Assembly (NCBI GenBank): GCA_040954595.2
Contig: CM082589.2
Location: 8,006,232 to 8,070,231 of the forward strand
Length of the DNA stretch: 64,000 nt
Source of the DNA: Balanoglossus misakiensis
Taxonomy: Eukaryota; Animalia; Hemichordata
Reading direction: 5' to 3'
A program made the position numbers and the translations under genes. A model generated the notes under the pieces. The model ran no database searches. It saw only the letters and a program-made list of their open reading frames with translations, and was not told the DNA's origin. Below, piece by piece: positions 20,493-32,384 of the stretch (positions are counted from its first letter, which is position 1; every line of letters begins with the position of its first letter).

Positions 20493-21617
20493 GTCTGGAA
20501 AGAACGGACGTCGATAGACTAAGAAGCCAACATTTCTTGATCGGTGAGTGGTAGCGTCCAGGTCGTACAAGACGACGTTTGGGGTTGATCGGGTGAGAAC
20601 TGAATGATTCCCGGTAACTCTATTGACTGACTTTGGGAGGAAGTTTTCATAGTGATCACCATCTTTGAAACTTTCTGTGAACGCGGTGTAGATGCAATTC
20701 ATTAGAACGGAGTCTGATGAGATTGTAGTGACTGGGAGATTCTGCTGACAGTGCTTGGGAAACACCCATCAGTGCAGCGACAGAGAGAATAGACATTTTC
20801 TGTGAGTAGCAGTGATTTTCGGACTTTGGGAGTCGCACGGAAATCGACTGAGCAGGAAGTGTGCTGGAGTGTTCTACTGGAGGAATTTTCTAGAGTGCTG
20901 ACGTCATCGCTACGGACGCGGAACGTCGAGGGAACGTTTACAGCAGCGAGCGACGAGCGTTCATCACCTTGGCAAGTACAACAGGGGTTGGGAAATATAG
21001 AGACTTGAGAACATTGGATGACATTTGAACAACTGTTTTATTCAAATATTCATGGGGTTATTTGCATAGAGTTTTTCCAGAGTTTGACATGGATGTAGTT
21101 TTGCTAAGATAGTGCTATTGGACGTCACAGAAACAGATTTGTTCATCTTTTCTGGTGATAGTGCAGGAGATATTTACGGATTGTTGTTGTTATTCACCGG
21201 TGTGAGGGTCAGGTATTTGGTGCAACGATATTCAGTGATTGCAATTAGGCAGCATTGAGTATTTTGGTGCCCGGCGCCCTCTGGAGTTCAGTGTATGTGG
21301 ATTACTTTTGTTTTCATTGCATTAAAGTTATTCTATTACATTATAATTTCCTGGTGTATGTGTCACGCGTTGCTTTGGAGATACGACTCAGTGGTAGGCT
21401 CATGCATAGAAATTCAACGCTGTGCCTACGGATTCATGCCCTTGGAATAGATAGGAGTTTCTGGCCGCACCCGCTCCCCGTGTTTGGATCTCCCCCCGTG
21501 CCACTCGCGTGGGAGTGGGCGACAATAGCATTTTGCAAATGTAGCAAATGCCAGAGCTGCTAAACATTCATATTTGAAGATAAAGATATGTATACATGAA
21601 CTGTGAGTAAGTGTCTG

Positions 21618-21822
21618 GGATCTGGTTCTCTTAGTGGACACGACTATACTCCACAGGCGATAATATGTTTTTTTAGGGTTAGGGTTAGGAGGGTTAGGGT
21701 TAGGGTTAAATTCACCCTCACATTGCCACCCCTAACCCTCCTAACCCTAACCCTAACTCACCCTCATTGCCATGGTATCGTTGCCATGGGGTATAGTCGT
21801 GTCCACTAAGAGAACCAGATCC
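21618..21822. mobile_element. MITE with GG..CC termini, 8-bp TSD and internal TTAGGG/CCCTAA tracts (Merlin-like)
   Basis: AGTGTCTG|GGATCTGGTTCTCTTAGTGGACACGACTATAC...GTATAGTCGTGTCCACTAAGAGAACCAGATCC|AGTGTCTG. Confidence 0.88.
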
Positions 21823-22544
21823 AGTGTCTGTTTTGTGCTAAAATTGTTTTCAACTTTCTGTCTTGCAGGAGGAACTTTCCATGAGATCTGACAAGACGGG
21901 GGAATTTGAATATTACAGAAATGGATATACACTGCTACAGTACAGCTGATCCTTGAGCAGGGGAGTATTTTTTTATTCATACTATTTAGTTTATATTATT
22001 GCTTTGCAATTGCAATGTACATTACAGGATGGTGCAGAATTGCAAACACTAGCCTGCTGAAAACATGGTAAGCATCTGCTATATGTACTTCAGGATGTTA
22101 AAATGCAAATTTACAGTTAGGAGGATGGGTGTATTGTATTAATCACAACATCAGTTGCGTTGTAATTGGAGCAATTATCTAATTTAAAATCAATGAAATC
22201 AAAAGAAAAGTTTACTATGAGAGCAGTCAATATGTGAATGAAATGTGTATTGAGAACTATACAAAGCATAAAACCGTAATGTATTGGGTTTTGTCATCAA
22301 AAAGGTAAGAGTGTAGTTTGTACACTGTAGTTTGATTTAAGACAGAACATTTTAATTAAGTGTTAGATACCAAAATACTTAAATAATAGACAGGGATAAT
22401 ACAGTATCAGATGTGTATTTTTGCTGAAAATTATAATTTTGAGTGTTTCACAATACATATGAATTAAACAAGAGTACCCCTTGTGATAATGGTTCAGTAC
22501 AAATATAAAACCCTGACAATAAAGATTAGGTAACAATGTGCACA

Positions 22545-22712
22545 ATGATGATGATGTAGATGATGATGATAACAATAATTATAATAATGGTATGATAATA
22601 TGGTGACAATGATGATGATAATTTAATAACAAAAATAATAGTGATATAATAATAATATAAGAACCAAAATAACGATGATTATGGTGGTGATGATGATGAT
22701 GATGATGATAAT
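22545..22712 (+). repeat. Degenerate (ATG/ATA)n low-complexity tract
   Basis: Visible trinucleotide periodicity. Confidence 0.8.
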
Positions 22713-24124
22713 TTGAGATAAAAACGGATGGAGACTGAACATTGTTCAAATGGTATAGGTGGTGTTTTTTGATTCAAAAAATAATGCGTATATTGTTTTG
22801 TCTGTTAAACTTGGCATTTTGTGGTTTTAGTGGTACCCGGTATAAAGTAACAGAATAATATTGCGGTTGAAGTGGTATAAAATAACAGAATGATAATGTT
22901 AGTGAAGGTTTAATTTAGCCATAAACATAACAGATGTATTTTCATCTAAACAGTCACTGAGTCAGGTACAGTCGTCTTAAATATTTTCTGAATTGGTAGC
23001 CTTAAGACTATGCATAGTTGATATTGCATACTTTGTGATTCTGTGTACTGAGTTTTGTCTGATTCTGTGTACAAATTCTAGAGTAAGATGATCCTAATAC
23101 ATGAGCTGTTGGTGGAAACATTTATGACTGGTGTTTTTCCGTAAATCTGATTACAGGTGGTATGATTGATTGGTGATGATTCGTTATGACATCAAGACAA
23201 AAGAAGACAGTAACTATGAACTAATCAACCACTTTGCTTATCTTTTAGGAGTGCTAACAATTTCTTTACAGATGCCCTGTAATATGTATATTACTTGTTC
23301 AGATATTATTTTTGTTACACAATTTTATAACAGATCTAATGCAATGATACTGCGGTCAGATAGACTGTGGTATTTAATGTGTTTACATATTTATTCCGTT
23401 TTAACATCTAGTATATGAATTGAATTGAATGTATAAATTTTTCTTTTCCAAATCTGACCTGGCCAGTCAGATTTGGACATGTCATTACATACCTTGCACT
23501 CGCAAACATTAATACCTTGCAGACACAAACATGACATACTGTACATGTATAAGTAACCATTCACTTCGAGTATTGACAACTTAAGGTTTCTGCAGTATGA
23601 AAATGCTGCATCATTATATGTTTTATAATACTTTTACTATGTGGGATTCATTGTGTTATTATATGTTCACAATTTAGGTGTATTGAATGCATGATTAAAC
23701 ATTGCATTATATAACATTTGTATTCCAGATGTTTTACCTGTATTTTATTGTGTTTAAATACCATCCAGTCAGTTTCACCAACAGCTCATTGTCTCCCCCC
23801 CCCCATCCTTTTGTCAGTAAAGTGAGCAATCTTTTGTATTGGAAAGCAATGCATAGGCTTGTCTGTTTTGCAGTAAATTAGTAAATGAACATTAAGAATT
23901 ACTGGTGTGTAATGTCAACTGTGCATATTCATTATCATTTGAAAGTTCCATATTACAAAATTCTTAGACTTACAAATTTACATACTGATAATAATAAGCA
24001 TGTAGTATTTAAGAGTATTTAAAAGTATAAAAGCTTGATTAATAAACAGGAGACTATAGACTTTGTAGAATGTCATGGGTTGAAAGTTTTGTGGGTCATT
24101 TGGTTTTTTGATTTAGTTCTATAT

Positions 24125-24541
24125 TGTTGTTGATGGTGGTGGTGGTGGCAGTTTTGATGTTAATTGTTATTATTGATGGTTATGGTGATGGCATTGATTG
24201 TTATAGTGATGTTGATGGCAGGCGTGATGATGGTGATGATGATGATGATGATGATTGATGATATTAAGGATGATTATGATAATATAATAATAAAAGGAGC
24301 CGTAATAAACAAAACATAACAAAATAGCGATGATGATGATGATGATGATGATGATAATATTAAGGATGATTATGATAATATAATAATAAAAGTAGCCGTA
24401 ATAAACAAAACATAACAAAATAGCGATGATGATGATGATGATATTAAGGATGATTATGATAATATAATAATAAAAGTAGCTGTAATTAACAAAACAAAAC
24501 AAAATAGCAACAGTAATAATAATGATGATGATGATGATGAT
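24125..24541 (+). repeat. (GAT/AAT)-rich tract with three ~85-95-bp tandem units
   Basis: Unit atattaaggatgattatgataatataataataaaag(t/g)agc(c/t)gtaat.aacaaaaca.aacaaaatagc recurs near 24262, 24357 and 24441. Confidence 0.85.
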
Positions 24542-25129
24542 TTTCCAGTTAGGAGCTAAAACTAATGAAATGTATAGTGTAGCAATAACAATGTACAATA
24601 TGTAGAAAGGTGTTAACTACTGGAATAATTTGTTGATAATTTTTTAGTCCCCAATGGGACTGTATCATTGACTATGATTTGTTAACTGAGTACTGGTCCA
24701 TGTTTCTACCACTGAAGTGTAGATAGTTTCATGTTTTATAAGTCTATTGGGTAATTCAATAAATTTATCTATGACAATGAATTAACATTTACTATGTATT
24801 ATTTGTTGCAGGTGTTGGGGTTTCTTAGCAGCCACATTGCAGTTCGTAGCAGTCAGTTATAATTGTCTATTAAGTATTTACACATTTTTTCTCATTAGTT
24901 TCAGATTTTCCATGATGTAATAATCCTCCAGCCCATGATGCAATATATCTTCCAGCCCAGATGCCCAGCTGGTAACCAGGTAACATGATTCCTGTGGTGT
25001 GAGTATGCAAATTTATTCTTTATGACCAGCCATTGAAGTACATTACATTCAAAAAGCACAATTGAGATCAGAATGTCACAAAAGGCAAAGATTTTTCCAC
25101 ACGTTCGCTTACAACAGTATGGTGTCTTT

Positions 25130-26500
25130 TAATGGTCATGAAGACAGAAAATCATCTGTCCATATATACATTGAACAGAATTTTTGTTTGACAGAAAAAT
25201 TCTTATTGACATATTTTTCATTTTTTGCAGATAACAGTTTCTCTCTGATGATCAACATTAGCAATGTACATAGATAGACATGCACGTCCTAAGCTGCCTA
25301 GCCGAGTTCAAAGGTTTGTCTGCTCAAGATTCGGTAGACGCTATGGATGACAGCATAGAATTTAATTGCTCATTTTGGATGTATTGTTATTGTCCATGAA
25401 AACATGAGATCATCTGCTACATTTTACTATTGTACTGTTTGACACAAAAATGTGTATTGATCTAATTTTCAACTTTGCAGATAACAGTTTATGTCTCTGA
25501 TGATCAACAACTGCCAACCACCATGTAGATCTGTGCATGCCTGTCGAGCAGCTCAGCGGATTTCAAAGGTATCAATTTAAGCTGCAACAGCGTTAGTGGG
25601 GCAGGTGGTACAGTTATTCTAATATGACTTGACTTCAATTTCATTAAAACTTGGGCGATAATTGGACAATGTACTGTGACATACATGTGCACAGCATTTT
25701 ATTTTGCAACTTGATCCAGTACAGCCACTGTCACTAAAAGCTTAGATTTGTCCATACATTCACATACAACAAAATGGTGTCTTGCATTGTTCATGGCAAC
25801 AGATCATCTGTCCACAAATGAATTTTAGTGTTGTGTTGTTTGACTGAAAAATACTTACCACAGGTGTTGACATATTTTCTATTTTTGCAGATAACAGTTT
25901 CTGTCTCTGATGATCAACATCTGCCAACCACCATGTATATCTGTGCATGCCTGTCGAGCAGCCCAGTGGATTTCAAAGGTATCAATTTAAGCTGCAACAG
26001 CATTAGTTGGGGCAGGTGGTACAATTTTTATAATTTGACTTGACTGCAATTTCATTAAAACTTGGGCGGTAATTGGACAATGTACTGTGAGACACATATA
26101 CACAACAATTTATTTTGCAAGCTTAAATTTGTCCATACGTTCACAGACAACAGAATGGCATCTTGCATCGTCGATGGCAACAGGAGATCATCTAGCCATA
26201 AATGCATTTTTTAGTGTTGTGTTGTTTCACTGTAAAATACTTACCATGGGTGTTGACATATTATTCACTTTTGCAGATAACAGTTTTTCTCACTGATGAT
26301 GAACATCTGCCAACCACCATGTAGATCTGTGCATGCCTGTCGCGCAGCCCAGCAGTTTTCAAAGGTAACTTGAGATAAATTTTAGTCTTCTCCAGCATCG
26401 ATGGACCCCATGGATGACAGCATTGAATGACATTGCTCATTTTGGATGGCAGCTAGTAAATGACTTATTGTCCATGGAGACCAGAGATCATCTCTGTCCA
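25130..26500 (+). repeat. Tandem array of four exon-like units with flanking intron-like sequence
   Basis: TTTGCAG|ATAACAGTTT...TCAAAG|GT at 25231-25313, 25481-25568, 25891-25978 and 26277-26364; spacers also duplicated. Confidence 0.85.
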
Positions 26501-26779
26501 TGAGTTTGTTCTGGTTGACAAAATATAGTTATTGGCCGATTGAGGCAGATCAAAATTATTCAGACTTGATTGGACCGATTCTATTCTGACACAAGGATTT
26601 CATTCAATCAAACTTGTTTTACTAATTAATGTATTATTAGTCAGGGCCTGAACATTTCCTTTATTTTTCACTGGTCCCAGGACTAGTGCCCTGTTTTTTC
26701 TTTTCAATGGTCCCAAAAATGTGCATAATTATATGAGACTGGCTCATCATTCTCAACTGTCAACATCCAAGTCCATTTA

Positions 26780-27830
26780 CAGTGGATCACTGATTATCCG
26801 AACCTCATGGGCGGGGGGCAATCTTGTTCGGATAACTGATTGTTTGAATAATTGAAATTGACACATTCAAACAATAGAAAATGACCACAACACCATGAAT
26901 ATGGTACGACTTGTTTATTTACCACAGTTAAAACAGTGTTAGCGAAAATGCATTTACACAAACACAAAATAAATAAAAAAAAAATGTCATGTCATTTTTG
27001 TTGCGATTCTGGTGGAAATTACAATGAAATAAAAGTGCAAATGTCCATGTATCAACATAGGGAGTACATGGCGTGCCGATGTGGCACATGAAGTTAACCT
27101 GGCAAAGGCCCTACGTCGATCACAGTCCAGAGGGATTAATAAAGATTCAAGGCGCTGCTGCTTGAGATGTTTCTGCCTCTTTGCCTTGGTGGATGATAAT
27201 GACTGGAGTAGCTGCAAAAACCCGATGAGATCCATTTCATCTTTGTTTTCGTTCCAGTCCATGAAGGTACGTAACCCATCTATGGCTTCAGATGTCAATA
27301 TGGCAGACTTCGGCAGAGCTTGACTGGTGTTCTGCTTTGCCTTCCTTGGTAGCGGCAGCAGCATGGTGACAAAGTCAATGATATCATCCTCTGTCCAAGT
27401 TTCTGAGCTGATGTGGTTGTCACTCGTCACCCATTCTTCAATGACGGAGGCATTAACGTCCAGCAAACCCAGCTCTTTGCACGTGGTGGCATTTTCCGCT
27501 GTGACCTCGCTGCTGTCACTCACCCTGATGTTGCCATGGTCACCGACCAGAAGGGAGTTGAACCAACACCCGTTCACCGTTGATGACTCGATGTGGTCCC
27601 ATGCGTTGGCGATCATGAAGAGTGTCGTGTCCTTGATGTTGAATGCCTGGATGATTTCCTGTTATCCTCGACTTTTGTTCGAATCGTTGACGACGATGGC
27701 TCTCAGCATGTTCCTGCTATAAATCTTCGTCATAGATGTGTTTTTTGTGTTTACAGGAAAGAAGAGGATACATGTAGGAATTCAAAAGCCGGCCGGTGCA
27801 TCAGATGTCAAGACGTTTCCTCAGACTGAT
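26780..27830 (-). mobile_element. pogo/Tigger (Tc1-mariner) transposon 3' fragment with DDE_1 transposase relic
   Basis: TA|CAGTGGATCACTGATTATCCGAAC terminus with the subterminal inverted TTCGGATAA. Minus-strand peptide ILFFPVNT...YSRNMLRAIV...IANAWDHIESSTVNGCW...EEWVTSD...TEDDIIDFV...KQQRLESLL, with stops and a deletion. Confidence 0.85.
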
Positions 27831-28128
27831 GACTGTCTTTTTACTGACTTTAATAAAATAAACCAACGTTGTCTGATTTTATCATCATTTCAAGAACAGA
27901 ACTTCTCACTGTGGTTGAAATTGAACATTGATCCATTTTACACATGTAATATTCTGATAACATATTTTGGTAATTTTGTCATAGAGTCATGTCAGAGAGA
28001 GAGAGGCAGCAGGTTAAAATTAATTGCAAAGAGTACATTTCAGTATGCCAACACTGGTTCAAGTTTGACATTTCTAATCAATCCCATTATATTGCTTATA
28101 ACAGTTCTAAATTATCACTACGATTTAT

Positions 28129-28148
28129 CATAGACCCTAGGGTCTATG
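28129..28148. mobile_element. 20-bp palindromic TIR remnant with 7-bp TSD (probable P-superfamily excision footprint)
   Basis: GATTTAT|CATAGACCCTAGGGTCTATG|GATTTAT. Confidence 0.7.
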
Positions 28149-28669
28149 GATTTATTCAGCATAACCTGAAGGTTGTTGGGTCCTGTAGGCACAATAAGCA
28201 TTGCACGTAACAAGCACTGTGTGTAAAATAGCACTACATGTAATCGCACTGGATACAGCAGCCTTCAGGTGTTTACCATTGAACCTTATAATGCATAAAA
28301 TTTATTGCACCCACTTGCACAGAAAAGGTAAAATGGTAAACAAATCAAAACGAATGACAGCGTTATTCCAAAACTTGTGTGAAAAAGTTGTGTTCAGAAA
28401 GCAAACAGGACAATGAACAGTATTACAACCTTTGCATTTTGTTTGACTTGCTCTCTCTCTATAAACTTGAATTTTTCCATTATTGTACTTGATATAGGCA
28501 TGACTTTCTATTTTTGTACATTTTGAAAGTATGTTTTGGTAATGTAGAACAAATGGGGGTTTAATGGCCATGTTTTCATGATTAATATTGAAGTATAAAC
28601 CCGGGGTGTAAACATATGTAAATTTAAGGGAGCTTAATGAATAAGGAGTCGTGCATTGAACCCTTGAAT

Positions 28670-29290
28670 TTTTAATTAGTCACATGATCGGCAGCCATTT
28701 TGGATTTTGGAAAACCTTTAAATTACTTCTCCAAAACTATAGGGCCAATCAAGTTCAAAATTGGTGTACGGTACACACGTCTTTTGCCCTTTAAAATTTT
28801 GGTAATGACCTTTTAGTATTGGACTTAAGTGTGGATACAAATTTCAGGTCCCCCTTGCATGGCTGATGTTGACCTCATTAATATGTGCATATCTAATTTT
28901 AGACTAATACCAAGAGGGTTACAGGTGCAGTTTTTTATGAACATATTCTATTATAGGACTAATATTTGTTGCAATTTGATCCTATTGACTTTTGTCAACT
29001 TCATAAAATATGTGCATACCTAATTTTATGCTACTTCCCCATATCCCAGCATTCTTGATATGACCCTTGACCTACTTTCCCCATATCTCAATTCTCGGCA
29101 TCATGAGCAGGTGCCGTACAGCCTTGGTATTTAGTAGTGTGGAATGCCTATACAGCTAGAAGTCTGTTTTTTTCTTGGACGTGGAACGGTATGGGATTAA
29201 AATTTTGGGTGACCTGGCAGTGACCCTTTTGCCATACTTTCCTGTATCTTGAGCAGATACAGCCTTGGCATTCTCTGTTAACCACTTGGG
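28670..29290 (+). repeat. Degenerate repeat remains, probably Helentron-like
   Basis: cggcagccattttggatttt, ttcaaaattggtg and tgacccttgacct motifs, plus a local duplication (tgagcag.t...acagccttgg) near 29104 and 29250. Confidence 0.35.
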
Positions 29291-29417
29291 CCCCACAAAC
29301 TAATTTGTTAATTTGCATGTTTGCTTATCCATTCATTCATTTTTTCACTCATTTATTTATTTGTGTTGGTGTATGTATGTACGCATGTACCCGGGTATGT
29401 ACATTGTATTTATGTAT

Positions 29418-29940
29418 GTCCTCCTTGTCCTGCCCACTGTTCTCTGCCCCATCTGGGACTGTCCATGTCCCCTGCTCTGTCTTGTACCCTATACTCTGGC
29501 ATATATCTTATACCATGTCCCTTTTCAATACCAGGTCTGTCTCTATCATGTCCCTGTCTTCTGTATCACGGCCTGTTCTGTCCACTGTCCTGTCCCGTCC
29601 TGTACCCTGGTCCCTGTCCAGCAGCCTGGTCGGTCCTGTCCCCATCCTGTCCTGTACCCTGTCCCAATCCTGCACCTTGTTCTTGCCCTGTATCCTGGCA
29701 CGGCCTGTCCTGTATCCAGTCCTGTACCATATACTCTGGTGTGTCATATACCCTGTCCCTGTCAATATTGTCCCTTTGTCCTGTACTATACCTTGTCCTT
29801 CAGCCTGGCCGGCCCTGTCCCCCTGGTCTGCCCCGTCCTGCACCCTGGCCGGCCCTGTCTCCTGGTCCTGGCCTGTCCCCATCCGGTCTCTTATCCTGTC
29901 CCCATCGGATCCTGTCCATGGCCTGACCTTCCAGGCCTGA
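29418..29940 (+). repeat. Degenerate (CCTGT)n pyrimidine-rich simple repeat
   Basis: Pentamer periodicity; explains the stop-free ORFs in several frames. Confidence 0.85.
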
Positions 29941-30769
29941 TGTCTTCCTGAGCAGCCACAGCCTGAGGATCCACAATTGTCAAGCCTTAGTGAATGCTGA
30001 ACCTTGGACCAGACAGCTCCGCCCCAATCATGGAAAATTGACAGTTTCTCCTGCTGTATTCTCACAGTTCAACTGCCATGTCTCTTCTTCTTTGGATGTC
30101 GCGTGGAGTCGCTACGCATGCAACCAGCCCACGTGATACAAGCTCTGCCCCAATCGTGGAAAATTGACAGTTTCTCCTGAGATTGGAGTCTTCTGTACGG
30201 CATTGACCTAGCATTTCCGTGACAATATCTTCCTACATCTGCTGCTTTCTGCGATGCGATTTCCCCTTGTTCACTACCCTTGCAGAAGAAGACACAAGAT
30301 TGCAGTCCCTCTTCAACTCTATCTTTGCGCGCTCTGTTTTCGCTTCCTTCGATGTACTTTCGCGTATTATAAATAAAAATATGTATGTGTGTGTGTGAAC
30401 ATTTTAACATTCGTGCCTTTCTGCATAATTTTTCCTCAGTGTTTAGGGGGTATGTCTTTAATGAAGTTTTCCCAATGGCTATAACAGATGAGAAGGTCTT
30501 AATTTGCAATATATTTGAGAATAGCATAACATACATGTCATGAATAACCTGATTTGATAATGAAAAAACAATTGCAATAGATCCTTCAAGTCCAGTGTAG
30601 TTTCCTGGGATCAATTCATTAGTCACTTTCCACGTGTGTTCAATATACCGGTATATCTGTTTTATTTTTTGTGGGTTAGTATGAACTTTATGGTTTTGCC
30701 TTTGTTCCATAAATAATACTTTAAAATGCTTAACATTTTAAAGTATTTATGGAACAGTTGGATTTGTGT

Positions 30770-31503
30770 GTTGGGTTTTTTGTAGAGATGTTTTTTTTCA
30801 AAATGCAGTGTGTGAGTGTTTACTATGATATTTAGCTGAAATAATTTTGATAAATACGTAAATAATGTGTTTGCAGAAGCCATTGATTTAATTGATTTTT
30901 TTTCTTTATGTGGTTGGGGTGGGTCAGTAAATTCACTTATGAAATAACATGGCTAACAGGCAACACATTATTTACACTTTTTGAACAATAAAAAATTGAC
31001 ATTGATTTCACTTTTTAAAATGATTTTTTCTACATTTTATACATTTTCAGATTTCAGTTATTTTACATTTATTATCCGTGTCAAGACTTTGTCCCTCAAG
31101 GATTGGGGACTTTTTGAAACCTTTTCAATCCAATATCAGATGAGAAGGTTTCAATTTGCTTTTGCTTGACGTAAAGTATGCGTGTGTGTGTGTGCGTGTG
31201 TGTGTACATGTACATGTGTTTTTCACAGATTTTTTTTACAAAATGCATAATAATGTGTTTGCAGCAGCCATAAAAGCATAATTGTTTTTATATTTGGTGG
31301 GGGAGGGAGGGAAGTAAATTCGCTCATGAAATGATATGGCTTACAGGGAACACATTATTTGGCATTTTTGAACAATAAAAAATTGACATTGATTTCACTT
31401 TTAAAAAAATCATATATTTTCTACACTTCAGTTTTCAGTTATTTTACATTTAATTATCATCATTATCAAAGATGAGAAGGTTTCAATTTGCTTTTGCTTG
31501 ACA
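30770..31503 (+). repeat. Local tandem duplication of about 300-390 bp
   Basis: aataatgtgtttgcag...ttttgaacaataaaaaattgacattgatttcactttt...agatgagaaggtttcaatttgcttttgcttgac at about 30860-31170 and 31248-31502. Confidence 0.85.
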
Positions 31504-32279
31504 TCATAAAGTGCTAATATTTATTGAACGTAGATGAGACTTCTTTTACACATAAAGTCCACTATCTGTAACTTTGGCGACTCTTTCAGTAATTTCGGTC
31601 TGAGTATTAACCATGATTTCTTGTGTGCATAGTCAGCATTGTTATTGTTATATTTTGTATTCAAGTCCAGAATTGGATACATTTGCCAATAATAACAATG
31701 TTCTGTGCCAAAAGTTACAGGTGGTGGCCCTTTAATCATAAATTTTAGAAGAATAGTATAACACCAAACCCAATATGATTTTCTTAGAGCACTTTATTTA
31801 TTTAGTGATGAACTATTAATATTTATCGGTTTTACCTGAAATTTCAAGACATAAGTTTAGTAAGCCAGATTAGCTTGTTAGTTTAAAAGTTAGCTTTTTA
31901 GGAGGCTTTACTTTAAAGTACAATTTTTTGTAAACTTGATGAATCTGTTACCTACGCTTTCCCAGAGAATTTTATCCCTTACCATAAAAAAGGGTTTTGT
32001 CTCTGGGTTTTGGTGCGGGGTAAATTTTCAGTTCATCAAATAAAGTACATGAACCGCTACTCATGTAAAATTGACCTGTTTTGTGTTTGTGTGTATTTGG
32101 ATGTGTTAGTTTGAATGCAGGCCAAGTGGAATGGGAATGGAGACTACATTGGAGAGAGTTGGGTGTTTATATGTGTACAGAGTTGGTGGAGGTTGTGCAC
32201 CATCAGTCAACGAACAGTTATACACTTGAAAATGGCAGTATCTATCACAGTGATAGTTGATGTGATTCGGTGGCAGGAT

Positions 32280-32384
32280 TAGACTCTCCCACAGCCCATG
32301 GTTGGCTAATTAGGCTCTTCACTGACACACCCTGAACCGTATAGGAAAGGAGAAGCCCCACATGCAATCAGACCATTAGCCTGG
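32280..32384 (-). mobile_element. Partial inverted copy of the MITE at 37248-37406
   Basis: tagactctcccacagccc...aggctcttcact...aaaggagaagcccca...catgcaatcagac matches the reverse complement. Confidence 0.75.

Larger units (their letters stand above)
19050..21524 (+). mobile_element. Possible solo LTR (Gypsy-like) hosting two MITE insertions
   Basis: Ends GGGCGACA with a partial inverted match (A)GTCGCC near 19050; ATTAAA at 21321; CpG-rich and non-coding; no clean TSD seen. Confidence 0.3.

Noticed and set aside
21673-21757. Telomere-telomere chromosome fusion site
   Set aside because: The tracts are short and lie inside TIRs with an exact 8-bp TSD, so a transposon insertion explains them.
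24170-24598. Hydrophobic poly-I/poly-H ORF resembling a membrane protein
   Set aside because: Translation of trinucleotide and minisatellite repeats.
25130-26500. CRISPR-like repeat-spacer array
   Set aside because: Units are 83-88 nt and the long spacers are homologous to each other; eukaryotic context with no cas genes.
29305-30065. Four overlapping ORFs of 185-212 aa
   Set aside because: The (CCTGT)n low-complexity tract lacks stop codons in most frames.
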